Of a stretch of 64,000 nucleotides of DNA, positions 17,078 through 26,526 are shown piece by piece (position 1 is the stretch's first letter; each line of letters opens with the position of its first letter). The notes beneath the pieces were generated by a model, which worked only from the letters and a program-made list of their open reading frames with translations, searched no databases and had not been told where the DNA came from. Both the position numbers and the translations under genes were made by a program. The stretch lies in the sequence record PQ287320.1. One strand, written 5' to 3'.

Positions 17078-17375
17078 CCCGACACCCTTACTGGGTCCCG
17101 GACGCGGGAAGCAATCCGCCCCCGTATCGCGAGTTCTACCTGCGCGACAAGCGGGACGGGTCGCGGACCAAGGTCGGTTACTTCGACCCGGACATGGGCG
17201 TGTCGGAGGTCCACATCGCCGTGGCGAGCGCGACGGTCCTCAAGGACGTCTTCCCCAAAGGCCCTATGTGGTCGAGCGGGTTGTGCTCTATCATGGGGAC
17301 AAGGAACTGGCCCGATGGGAAAAGAGGCTGGTCGCCGAGACCGATGCCCCGAAAGGAGACAAGACCGATGTGTGA
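17074..17375 (+). CDS. Hypothetical protein (frameshift ~17258)
   Basis: ...DVFPK continues AYVVERVVLYHGD... after a -1 shift. Confidence 0.5.
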
Positions 17376-17706
17376 CGTCTGCGCCCGCAAGCTGGGACCG
17401 CTGGTCGACGCCCTGAAGCCGTACCTGCGCGCCGGTGTCGATGTCACCTACCAGGAGACCGACACCGAGTGCGAGCAGATCATCCTCCAGCAGCGCGCGC
17501 CGGGCACCTTTGCCCTGGAGACCCTGGTCTTGCTGGCTGACGGCGACCCGACCGGGACCTACTTCCACTGGGATCATGAGCCGAGCGAGCCCAAGGCCCG
17601 CGAGGAGAGCGACATAGAGTTCCTCCAGCGGCTGATCGAGACCGGCCCGAATGGCGCGCAGGATCGCGATCGCCTGTCCAAGTTCTACCAGAGGCTCGAA
17701 GAATGA
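17368..17706 (+). CDS. Hypothetical protein
   Basis: AAAGGAG RBS; MCDVCARKL. Confidence 0.65.
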   Translation: MCDVCARKLGPLVDALKPYLRAGVDVTYQETDTECEQIILQQRAPGTFALETLVLLADGDPTGTYFHWDHEPSEPKAREESDIEFLQRLIETGPNGAQDRDRLSKFYQRLEE

Positions 17707-18044
17707 AGCGCGGACCCAAACCCCGGTTCGACCACGACGCGGCGATCAAGCTGGCCGAGGAAGAAGGCCTGTCGAACCACGAGATCGCCAAGCGCCTCGG
17801 GGTGACGCACGTGTCGATCCACTTCCTGATCAAGCGCCGCGCCCCGCACCTGATCGACCGCGTGCGCCCGCCGCGCCCGACCCAGTTCGACCACGACAAG
17901 GCCATCGCCCTCTACACCACGGGCCTGACCTATCGCGAAGTCGGCGAGGACCTGGGGGTGTCGGCCGCCGCCGTCTACAACGTGGTCGCCAAGAAGGCCC
18001 CGCATCTCCTGGGGCGGCCGTCCAGGCGCCGGCCCAAGACATGA
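17703..18044 (+). CDS. Tandem HTH DNA-binding protein
   Basis: Two internal repeats FDHD.AI.L...GL...EI/V...LGV. Confidence 0.75.
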   Translation: MKRGPKPRFDHDAAIKLAEEEGLSNHEIAKRLGVTHVSIHFLIKRRAPHLIDRVRPPRPTQFDHDKAIALYTTGLTYREVGEDLGVSAAAVYNVVAKKAPHLLGRPSRRRPKT

Positions 18045-18259
18045 TCTCCTACGAGCTTCGCCAGCAGCACGACGAATACGGCAACGCCGAGCACCTGCTG
18101 TCCGACGCGGACTACGCGGTGATCTTGGCGGGGACCTGGAGGCGCGTGTCGGGCGACAACCTCTGCGGACATTGCGGCAAGCTCTACTATGATCACCCGC
18201 AGGTCATCGGCGCCCTGTGGCTGACCCGCATCTGCAACGGCAGCTTGGTGAAGCTCTGA
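18041..18259 (+). CDS. Hypothetical protein
   Basis: ATGA overlap. Confidence 0.55.
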   Translation: MISYELRQQHDEYGNAEHLLSDADYAVILAGTWRRVSGDNLCGHCGKLYYDHPQVIGALWLTRICNGSLVKL

Positions 18260-18585
18260 TGGCGGTCAATCTCTGCATCGTCGACCCGGATCGCGACTGG
18301 TCCGACCCGACGCGGGACTTCCCCGGCTGGGACCCGCACATCAACGGCGGCCACAAGGCGTTCGCCCGCGAGGTCCTCGACCAGACCCGCACGCCCTACG
18401 TCTCCAAGCCCAATCCGACCGAGGACCGCTGGTCGGACCGCTATGACGACCGCTGGTACATCCGCCCGACGGACTTTCCGGCGTGGCGCGCCGCCGTCCA
18501 GGGCCTTCCCAACCTCGACCTCTTCCTCGGGATGATCGACATCCTGGAGGAGAACCCGACCTATTGGCTCTACATCTCGCAGTAG
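18259..18585 (+). CDS. Hypothetical protein
   Basis: TGATG overlap. Confidence 0.6.
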   Translation: MAVNLCIVDPDRDWSDPTRDFPGWDPHINGGHKAFAREVLDQTRTPYVSKPNPTEDRWSDRYDDRWYIRPTDFPAWRAAVQGLPNLDLFLGMIDILEENPTYWLYISQ

Positions 18586-18591
18586 GAACCC

Positions 18592-18960
18592 ATGATCGTC
18601 CACGTTTTTCCTGACGGGTCCACCGACATCGAGTGGGAGGTGGGCGATCGCGGCCGGGTTCGCGATCCCACGCCCGAGGAGCTTGACCAGAAGCGCGAAC
18701 GCGGTGGCTGGGGCTACCATCCCTTGAAGTGCGAGTTCGGCAAGGAGTTCGTCGTGACCAACATCCGGCCGCGCGAGTACCCTGGCCTTGGCCCGTACAA
18801 CCGCTACACCCAGCGCATCCTCGTGGGGATGGAGCCGGGCAAGTTCAGCAAGGAAGGGTGGCCCTGCCCGGCGCTCTGGCCCTGGGACATGAGGCCGCTG
18901 CACCCGCTTCCCAAGATCGTCTTCGAGCCGGACGAGGCCAAGGCCCATGGCCAATCCTGA
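18592..18960 (+). CDS. Hypothetical protein
   Basis: AGGAA RBS. Confidence 0.6.
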   Translation: MIVHVFPDGSTDIEWEVGDRGRVRDPTPEELDQKRERGGWGYHPLKCEFGKEFVVTNIRPREYPGLGPYNRYTQRILVGMEPGKFSKEGWPCPALWPWDMRPLHPLPKIVFEPDEAKAHGQS

Positions 18961-19147
18961 CGGCGTCCTGATCAAGACCTGGGAGGTCCACTGCCGAGGC
19001 TGCGAGCGCGCCAACCTCGGCATCCGGGGCGACATGTCCAAGGCCCAGGAGGAGCTTCGCAAGGACGGCTGGGCGATCCGGGGCGGACGCTGGGTCTGCG
19101 CCGACTGCAAGCCGGGCGTTCCAATTGGCCACCGGTGGACAGATTAG
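18947..19147 (+). CDS. Small Zn-binding protein
   Basis: HCRGC...VCADC. Confidence 0.6.
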   Translation: MANPDGVLIKTWEVHCRGCERANLGIRGDMSKAQEELRKDGWAIRGGRWVCADCKPGVPIGHRWTD

Positions 19148-19244
19148 GGCTTAATGTCTTACCTGTCGTCCATATGAGGCCATTATGCCTTGCCTGTAAG
19201 GCGCCCGGAAATGGGCTAGTCGCAGCCTCGCGCCCTCTGGAGGG

Positions 19245-19448
19245 CTACTTTTCCATGAATTTCCGCACCTGGAGGTAGCGGCCGAGCAGGTCGTGCAGGA
19301 CCTCGGCCTCCTTCAGGGTGATGATCTGCTCCCCGAGCGAGGTCGGGCCTTCCAGGGCGACCAGGACCTGATCGTCGACCGAGTCCTCGATCGTCACCAC
19401 GATCGGGTTGCCGAGTTCGTTGACGAACGCCTTCTGAAGCTGACGCAC
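19245..19448 (-). CDS. Hypothetical protein
   Basis: AAGGAG RBS on the minus strand; follows the protease gene. Confidence 0.65.
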   Translation of the reverse strand: MRQLQKAFVNELGNPIVVTIEDSVDDQVLVALEGPTSLGEQIITLKEAEVLHDLLGRYLQVRKFMEK

Positions 19449-19452
19449 GAGC

Positions 19453-20196
19453 CTACTCCTTGAGGAAGCCGGCGGCGATCGCCTCGGCCTTGGTGTTGGA
19501 CTTCCTCAGGATCGAGTAGCCCCGGTACTGCTTGTAGGTGACGCCCTCGTAAAGCTGGACCTCCAGCTTGCCGTCGAGCGCGATCCGCCCCAGGCGCACG
19601 GGCGAGGCCACGAACGGCGCCGGCTCCCCGCCCTTCCAGACGTTGACCTCGACCTCGCCGCGATCGGCCGTCGCCACCACCAGCGAGGCATGGCCCCGAT
19701 CCAGTTCGGGTTCCAGATTTCCAGCCACATGGTGTCGCCGCCGGCTCCCGCGTCCGCCAGTCGCCGCGCCAGGGTCAGGGCGTAGTCCTCGCAGTCGCCG
19801 CAGAAGGCGTTTTCGGCCCAAAAATCGCTGTTTTGGTAGTTCGTTTGGTCGGAAGTGTACTGAAAATTCGCCCGAAGCGCGGAATCTTGCCCTTCGACCT
19901 CCGAAAACGTCAATTTTCGACCACTTTTGGACTTGCAGAGGGGATTTTCGGCCCATTTTGAGCAAAAATCGCGCAGATCGGGGATCGAAACGGCCACTTC
20001 GCCCCATAGACGACCTTTTCCTCGCCCGAGGCGCTGGATTTGGGATCGGCGGGCATTTGTGGTCGACGGCGGCCGGCGCGGTGACGATCGGGACGTCCTG
20101 GGCCGGGGCGACGAGGGAATGGGCGCTCCAGGCGAACCAGCCGAGGCCGCCGAGCAGGATCGTCGCGATCGCGACAAGGACAAGCCAGAAACGCAT
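19453..20196 (-). CDS. Membrane-anchored transglutaminase-like cysteine protease (BTLCP/LapG family), split by three -1 frameshifts
   Basis: N-terminal hydrophobic anchor MRFWLVLVAIATILLGG; catalytic CGDCEDYAL and HASLVV motifs in successive frames. Confidence 0.75.
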   Translation of the reverse strand: MRFWLVLVAIATILLGGLGWFAWSAHSLVAPAQDVPIVTAPAAVDHKCPPIPNPAPRARKRSSMGRSGRFDPRSARFLLKMGRKSPLQVQKWSKIDVFGGRRARFRASGEFSVHFRPNELPKQRFLGRKRLLRRLRGLRPDPGAATGGRGSRRRHHVAGNLEPELDRGHASLVVATADRGEVEVNVWKGGEPAPFVASPVRLGRIALDGKLEVQLYEGVTYKQYRGYSILRKSNTKAEAIAAGFLKE

Positions 20197-20485
20197 GGTC
20201 GACACCCTGAGTGTCGTTAACCATGACACGAGATGTCGTGATGCGCAACATTCGCGCATAAGAAGAGCCCCGCCGTCGTGATTCCAGCGGGGCTCCGGTT
20301 CCATTGGGTTTTGACATATGAGGTTCGGCCGCCTCGGGCGACCGAACAGGTTCCGCTACTTCATATGGGTCTCCTTCCTTGGTCTGTCATTTCCAGGGGC
20401 CTCACGAGGCCCTTTGTGAAGGCCCGAAGCTAGACCGGCCCAAATCGGCCGTCAAGAGGAAAACGTGGTGAATCACGACCTGAAT

Positions 20486-20501
20486 GTCGTGAATCTTGAC
20501 A
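20486..20501 (+). promoter_or_regulatory. GANTC/-35 promoter (portal)
   Basis: GTCGTGAATCTTGACA. Confidence 0.7.
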
Positions 20502-20609
20502 ACCGGGCGTTAACCATGTCACTTTCCCCGAGCTTGCCCTCCCCGGCAGGCCTCCCACGTCAAACTTCGGGGAGGACTTGCGTCCTCCCCGCTCTTTCCT
20601 CGGGCGCCA

Positions 20610-22540
20610 ATGGCCGGTCAGACGCCGAACTCGTTGAACATCTCCCGCGTCGCGCGGGCGACCTCCAATGCCGTCTATCTGGTCACCCATCCGGAATACC
20701 AGCACTGGCGCCCGGAATGGACCAAGCTGCGCGACGTCCTGGCGGGCCAGCGGGAGATCAAGCGCAAGGGCGAGGCCTACCTGCCGGCCATGAAGGGCGC
20801 GGACGGGGACGACTACAAAATCTACCTGGAGCGGGCGACCTTCTTCAACATGCTCGCCCAGACGCGCGACGGCATGACCGGGATGGTCTTCCGCCGCGAT
20901 CCGGCGATCAAGAACCTCCCGCCCAAGTTCAAGGACGCCGTCCGCCGCTTCGCCAAGGACGGCTCGTCCCACGCCAACTTCGCCAAGGCCGTGCTCGCCG
21001 AGCAGGCCGGCGTGGGCCGGTTCGGCGTCATGGTCGACGTCACCGAGGCCCCGCGCAAGGGCGGCGTCCCCTCCAGCTACGCGATCGGCTACACGGCCGA
21101 GAACATCCTGGACTGGGACGAGGTCGTCGACATCGCCGGCTTCTACGTCCCCAGCCGCGTCCTGCTGCGCGAATTCGTCCGCGATCTGCGCTGGAAGACC
21201 GACATCGAGCCCCTGACCACCGCCCAGGCCCGCAAGGCGCGCGCCGCCGCCCTGGCCAAGGGCGCGTCGAGCAATCCGCTGGTCCGTCAGACCGCCCGCA
21301 CCCTCGGGGGCTACAGCTACATCACCGTCTACCGGGAACTGAAGCTCGAAGAGATCGAGTGGCCCTCGGGCGAGGTCAAGCCGGCCTATGTCCAGTACCT
21401 CTACGAAGAGGACCCCGAGTCGACCCCGATCGCCCGCGTCGTCCCTACCGTCCGGGGCCTGCCGCTCGACTTCATCCCGTTCAAGTTCTTCGGCTCGACC
21501 GGCAACACCGCCGACGTCGAAAAGCCTCCGCTCCTGGACATCTGCGACCTCAACCTGTCGCATTACCGAACCTACGCCGAACTGGAGTACGGCCGCCTCT
21601 TCACGGCCCTGCCGGTCTATTACGCGCCCGGCACCGACAGCGAGGGCACGGGCGAGTACCACATCGGCCCGAACATGGTCTGGGAAGTCCCGCAGGGCTC
21701 CGAGCCGGGCATCCTGGAGTACACCGGCGCGGGCCTGAAGGCCCTGGAGACCGCCCTGTCGGACAAGGAGCGGCAAATCGCCGCGATCGGCGGGCGCCTG
21801 ATGGCCGGCGCCAGCAAGTCCGTCTCCGAGAGCAACAACCAGACCGCCCTTCGTGAGGCCAACGAGCAGTCCCTGCTCCTCAACATCATCGACGCCTGCG
21901 AAGCGGGCATGACCGACGTCGTCCGCTGGTGGCTGATGTGGCGCGACGTGCCGCTCGAAGACACCCTGGACCTGCGCTACGAGATCAACACCGACTTCCT
22001 GTCGACCCCGATCGGCGCGCGCGAGATGCGGGCGATCCAGCTTATGGCCAACGACGGCCTGCTGCCCGACGAGGTCTTCTACGACTACATGCGCAAGGCC
22101 GAGGTCATCCCGTCGGAATGGACCTTCGAGGAGTTCCAGGCCGCCCGCCGCGACCCCGCCTCGTTCCTCAACAACCCCGACGCCCAGGCCCGCCAGCGCG
22201 GCTTCACCAACCGGGCCAGGAACTGGATCAGTCCCGCATGGCGCGCGAGGCCGACTTCCAGCAGCAGAAGATCGACCTCCAGGAGCGTTCGGTCGAGGTC
22301 CAGGAAAGCCACGCCGAGGTCGCCCACGCCGTGGGTTCGACCTCCGTCTCGGCCTCGCGCAAGCTGGGCGATCCCGAGCAGGCCAAGCCCGCCAAGGCCG
22401 AGCAGGGCACGCTCGACAACCAGAAGAAGCAGATCGACAACGCGGCCAAGGCCGCCGCGAAGGCTGCGGCTCAGCCCCCGGCGCCCGCGCCGGGCGCGGC
22501 CACCTCCTCCAACCGCAACCCGCGAGGCCAGGGCGGGTAA
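20610..22540 (+). CDS. Portal protein (DUF4055-type; frameshift ~22213)
   Basis: HPEY...W..LRD...G...IK..GE.YLP and Y..YL.RA.F.N motifs; true C-terminus lies in the 21929-22540 frame. Confidence 0.85.
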
Positions 22541-22583
22541 CCGTCCTCGTCCGCTCGACCTTCCATAGGGCCGATCAGTTCAC

Positions 22584-22763
22584 ATGCCGCGTTACGATTC
22601 CTTCGACGACCTGATGCACGATCTCGATCACGAGGGGATCGTCGGCGACGACGATGTGGGGGTCCTGGACGAGGAGGACCTGTCCCTCCTGACGCCGCCG
22701 TCGGTCAAGCGCTCCGCTCCCGCGCCGGCCAAGAAGCGCGGACGCCCCAAGAAGGCCGCCTGA
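22584..22763 (+). CDS. Small acidic protein with AT-hook-like tail (59 aa)
   Basis: Hand-translated; ends KKRGRPKKAA. Confidence 0.6.
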   Translation: MPRYDSFDDLMHDLDHEGIVGDDDVGVLDEEDLSLLTPPSVKRSAPAPAKKRGRPKKAA

Positions 22764-23038
22764 TGCAGCACCACACCCTGCGGTGGAACTATCCCGTGGT
22801 CGTCCTCGACGGCCGGGCCTATTGGCTCGACGAGGCGCCCGAGATCAAGCTGGTCGACCTCGACACCGGCGAACATCCCTGCGACGCGCGCGGCGAGCCC
22901 TATCCCGTCATGCGCGCCAACGCCATCGACGGCTGGATCGAGATGGAGAGCGGCGACTTCCGCCGGCCCCATGTCGAGCGGATCGGCGGGCGCTTCGCCA
23001 TCATCTCCGACCTTCCCGAGGAAACCCCCGATGCCTGA
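22763..23038 (+). CDS. Hypothetical protein
   Basis: TGATG overlap. Confidence 0.6.
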   Translation: MQHHTLRWNYPVVVLDGRAYWLDEAPEIKLVDLDTGEHPCDARGEPYPVMRANAIDGWIEMESGDFRRPHVERIGGRFAIISDLPEETPDA

Positions 23039-23204
23039 CATGCTGATCGGCGACCCCAACGCCGAGCGGACCATCCAGGTCCTGGCCCTGCACCAGGACG
23101 AGTTCGACGCCTTCGTCCCCACGCCCGAGCAGCAGGCGGCGATCGCGGCCGGCGATCTGATCATAGGCCTGATCCGCTATGCGACGGCGCCGCCGGCGGA
23201 ATAA
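23031..23204 (+). CDS. Hypothetical protein
   Basis: GAGG RBS. Confidence 0.55.
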   Translation: MPDMLIGDPNAERTIQVLALHQDEFDAFVPTPEQQAAIAAGDLIIGLIRYATAPPAE

Positions 23205-23208
23205 TGAC

Positions 23209-23224
23209 GTCGTGAATCTTGACA
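23209..23224 (+). promoter_or_regulatory. GANTC/-35 promoter
   Basis: GTCGTGAATCTTGACA. Confidence 0.7.
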
Positions 23225-23275
23225 CCTGGAGTCAGGTGTGATGACATCGCCCTCGTTAACCACGAGGGCTTTTTC

Positions 23276-23536
23276 ATGACCACCGCCGTCGACATCCGCG
23301 CCGCCGGACACAACATCATCGTCACCCTCGCGGACACCATCCTGAAGGATGGCGTCGAGACGGAAGTCGAGACCTACGAGTTCGTCAAGGCCGGCGAGAC
23401 CCGGACCTTCCACGTCCATCAGGCCCGTGACCTGTTCGTCACCGAGGTCCGCGACGACGAGACCGAACTGAACGCCCTGATCGCCGCCAACGACACGGCC
23501 GGCGCGCGCCAGTTCATCACCGATTCTGACCTTTAG
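23276..23536 (+). CDS. Hypothetical protein
   Basis: ATG after promoter and leader hairpin. Confidence 0.65.
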   Translation: MTTAVDIRAAGHNIIVTLADTILKDGVETEVETYEFVKAGETRTFHVHQARDLFVTEVRDDETELNALIAANDTAGARQFITDSDL

Positions 23537-23716
23537 TCGGGAGGGTCCTTTCCAGCGGGCGCATACAGGACACGCGCTGTCAATCGGTTGTGATGCGAGG
23601 CGGGGATTTGGACATAGGTCCCCGGCCAAGTCAAAGGGTGCCCTCCCGCCCCGCCGCATGGCGGGGTTCTATTACACCCCAATCACGACAAGTCCTGGTT
23701 CCATTCCGAGGTGAGC

Positions 23717-24357
23717 ATGAGCGACGACTTCGACAAGCGCTTCGACGAGCGCAAGGCCGCGATCGAGGCCGGCGTGATCGGCGACGACGTCCAGAGCCAG
23801 CTTAGGCTCCCGTTTCCGAATTCGGCCGAGGACCTGATCAAGCGCTTCTCCAGCGCCGAGCCGGTCAAGTTCGTGATCGGCGCCGCCGTGCCCCTGTCGC
23901 TCGACAAGGCCATCGACGTCGTGATGCCCGAAGACGTGATGGTCGATCTGGAGCGCGCGGGCCGCGCCGATCACGCCTTCATCGACCTGCCGTTCGAAGA
24001 GACCGAGGCCGGCCCGGCGATCTACGCGCGAGAGGGGACTGAAAAGACCCTCGCCGACTGCAAGGCCAAGTTCGCCGACGGCCAGAAGGCCTTCGGGGCG
24101 GGGCGGTCGAGGAAGCGGCGCCCAAGATCACGATCCAGGTCTACCTCAACAACGGTCAGGTGCGCGAGTACGACGTCGACACCCAGGCCGCCGCCCGCGA
24201 GCACGCCTACGAGATCATCCAGACCGGCTACCGCGCCGTCGAGGCGCGCGATCCCACCGTCCTGACCCACTGGCCGCCGCACGAGATCAAGAAGGTCAAG
24301 ATCAAGGCGCCCGAGCCCTGGAAGACGGCCCATTTCGACCGCGTGCGGGGAACCTGA
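23717..24357 (+). CDS. Hypothetical protein (frameshift ~24100)
   Basis: GAGG RBS; a -1 shift joins the 23711 and 24160 frames. Confidence 0.55.
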
Positions 24358-24590
24358 TGACCCCACTCGAAGCCGTCATCGCCCAGATCGAATCTGGCGA
24401 GCCCTTCACCTATCACACTCTGAGCGTCGTCAACGACGCGGCCGGCGGGAACGAGGCGCGCGACCGGCTGGCCGACCGCACCATCCAGAAGTACCGCCGC
24501 AAGGGCTGGATCACCTTCACCCGCGAGGGCCGCTACGTGGTCTGGCGCCCGACGCCGGCCGGCGCCGCCCAGTTCAACCTCCAGGCTTAA
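24357..24590 (+). CDS. Small winged-helix-like protein
   Basis: DRTIQKYRRKGWITF. Confidence 0.55.
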   Translation: MTPLEAVIAQIESGEPFTYHTLSVVNDAAGGNEARDRLADRTIQKYRRKGWITFTREGRYVVWRPTPAGAAQFNLQA

Positions 24591-24600
24591 GGAGCCTCCC

Positions 24601-24981
24601 ATGTGCGTCGTCTCCGCCGTGATGGACTACGGCCGCCGCGAATGGCCCGACCTCCTGGGGCCGGGCGGCCCGACCATCGTTCCGGGCGATCAACCCTGGT
24701 TCGAGATCATCTCGCCGGGCCTGCCCCCGCGCCCGGTCTATCCCAAGCCCAAGGTCCCGACCCGCGCCGAGATCGAGGCCTTCCGTCGGCTGGTCAAGGC
24801 CGCCCAGGAGTTCGACGAGCAGACCGGCCAGCCGCACTGCGAGGACCCCGAGAAGATCAAGCTTCTCGACGCGATCAACCGTCTGGCCGAGCGCCTGGAC
24901 GCGATCGAGCAGCGCCTCGCCGCCCAGGACAGCGCCGCCGCCGAGGACGCGGCGGCCATCGCCGCCTCGGTCAAGTCGTGA
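24601..24981 (+). CDS. Hypothetical protein
   Basis: AAGGAG RBS. Confidence 0.65.
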   Translation: MCVVSAVMDYGRREWPDLLGPGGPTIVPGDQPWFEIISPGLPPRPVYPKPKVPTRAEIEAFRRLVKAAQEFDEQTGQPHCEDPEKIKLLDAINRLAERLDAIEQRLAAQDSAAAEDAAAIAASVKS

Positions 24982-25226
24982 GCGTCTTCGACCTTCCCGC
25001 CGACGGCTTCGACCGTCGCAAGCCGCTCTACCGGGCCTTCGACCTCGACGGCGAGACCCAATGGTGGACGGTGATCCAGGCCCTGAACGCGCCGGGCCGC
25101 CGCTGCACGCCGGACGAGGAGCGGGTCATCTACGCCTATCTCGATCGCCAGCCCTGGGCCGGCAAATTCTGGGCCTGCTACCGGGCGACCGGCAAGGCCA
25201 CCATCTATGCGAGCTTGCCGCTATGA
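24978..25226 (+). CDS. Hypothetical protein
   Basis: GTGA overlap. Confidence 0.55.
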   Translation: MSVFDLPADGFDRRKPLYRAFDLDGETQWWTVIQALNAPGRRCTPDEERVIYAYLDRQPWAGKFWACYRATGKATIYASLPL

Positions 25227-25507
25227 AACTCACCGTCAGCGGTCACGACATGAGCGGTCCCGAGACCGTCTACCTGATGCTGGTCCCCCGCGTAGGCGTG
25301 CGCCTGGAGACGGACAAGCCCGTCACCCTGCGCTTCGACGCCCTGCCGGGCGCGGCCGGTTCGATCCAGATCGACGCTAAGTCCCCGCTCAAGACGGCCG
25401 ACATCACCGATCCGAGCGAGATCACCTTCCTCCCGACGGGCGCCGAGCAGGTGTTCTTCATCAACGGCAACGGCCGCTGGAAGCTGACCTTCCGCGAGCA
25501 GGCCTGA
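25223..25507 (+). CDS. Hypothetical protein
   Basis: ATGA overlap. Confidence 0.6.
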   Translation: MKLTVSGHDMSGPETVYLMLVPRVGVRLETDKPVTLRFDALPGAAGSIQIDAKSPLKTADITDPSEITFLPTGAEQVFFINGNGRWKLTFREQA

Positions 25508-25752
25508 TGCCGCCCCTCCCGCCGCAGGGCATGCCGAACAACATGCCGTTCGGCCGCGAGGGGTTCCCGCAGGTCGAGAAGATCGACGCGGTGCGCAACA
25601 TCGTCCACTTCGCCAGCGGCGGGCAGGCCCCGATCACCAGCTACCTGCATCGAGGCGAGGAGGTCGGCAACCCCCTGGCGGCCGACGTCATCGTCTGCGG
25701 ACCCTATGGCGGCAAGTGGCTGGTCATCCCCGTCTCCGAGGACGTCCTGTGA
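25507..25752 (+). CDS. Hypothetical protein
   Basis: TGATG overlap. Confidence 0.6.
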   Translation: MPPLPPQGMPNNMPFGREGFPQVEKIDAVRNIVHFASGGQAPITSYLHRGEEVGNPLAADVIVCGPYGGKWLVIPVSEDVL

Positions 25753-25994
25753 GCCGCCCGCGCAGCGTGACCGAGGTCATGTGCGACGAGTTCCGCGACC
25801 TCCTGACCAAGGGCTTCTACGTCACCGACGAGCACGGCGAGGTCCACGGTCCCGGCACGCCCCTGGGGGATGCGGCCCTGGCGGCGACCAAGGCGTGGCG
25901 CGGTGACCTCTGGAAGGCGTTCCGGGCGATCGACGACAGCATGTGCCCGGTCCGGGTCCACGAGCGCGAGGCCGCCAAGCGCGTGTCCGGCTGA
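25749..25994 (+). CDS. Hypothetical protein
   Basis: GTGA overlap. Confidence 0.55.
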   Translation: MSRPRSVTEVMCDEFRDLLTKGFYVTDEHGEVHGPGTPLGDAALAATKAWRGDLWKAFRAIDDSMCPVRVHEREAAKRVSG

Positions 25995-26097
25995 TGTCCG
26001 AACATGTCCGGCTTAAGTCAAGTTTATAGACCTCTTTATTGATTTCATTGAGGAAATCGGTCTCTGCGGATGTCCGGACATGTCCGGTTAATGTCCG
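25984..26097. repeat. Two triplets of helically phased TGTCCG repeats flanking an AT-rich core
   Basis: TGTCCG at 25984, 25995, 26005 and 26071, 26081, 26092. Confidence 0.8.
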
Positions 26098-26111
26098 GCT
26101 CCAAAATCGGT

Positions 26112-26127
26112 GTCGTGATTCTTGACA
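26112..26127 (+). promoter_or_regulatory. GANTC/-35 promoter
   Basis: GTCGTGATTCTTGACA. Confidence 0.7.
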
Positions 26128-26178
26128 CCCCCTGTCGTCTGTGGTGACATCCCCTCGTTAACCACGACGGGCTCCCCG

Positions 26179-26526
26179 ATGATCCGCCTGACCAAGTCCC
26201 AGCACTACACCAACACGGCCGAGAACGACCGTAGCTGGTACCTGGACCCGACCCTGACGTTCGAGGTCCACGCCCTTCCGACCCTGGCCGAGGGGCAAAA
26301 GTGCGGCTACCCGTCGGCGGGCGCCCTTGTCTGTATGAATGGCGAGGCCCACTACGTCGACGAGGACGTCGGCACCATCCTGACCCTGATCAAGATCGCC
26401 CGTGCCCCGCATCTCTACCCCCTGCAAGACTCGAACGGTCGCCTGATCAATCGTGACGCCTTGATCTATCTGGGCTTTTCGAACGGCGCGTTCGATTACG
26501 GCCTGATGAGCGAGGTGTACGCGTGA
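26179..26526 (+). CDS. Hypothetical protein
   Basis: ATG after promoter and leader hairpin. Confidence 0.6.
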   Translation: MIRLTKSQHYTNTAENDRSWYLDPTLTFEVHALPTLAEGQKCGYPSAGALVCMNGEAHYVDEDVGTILTLIKIARAPHLYPLQDSNGRLINRDALIYLGFSNGAFDYGLMSEVYA

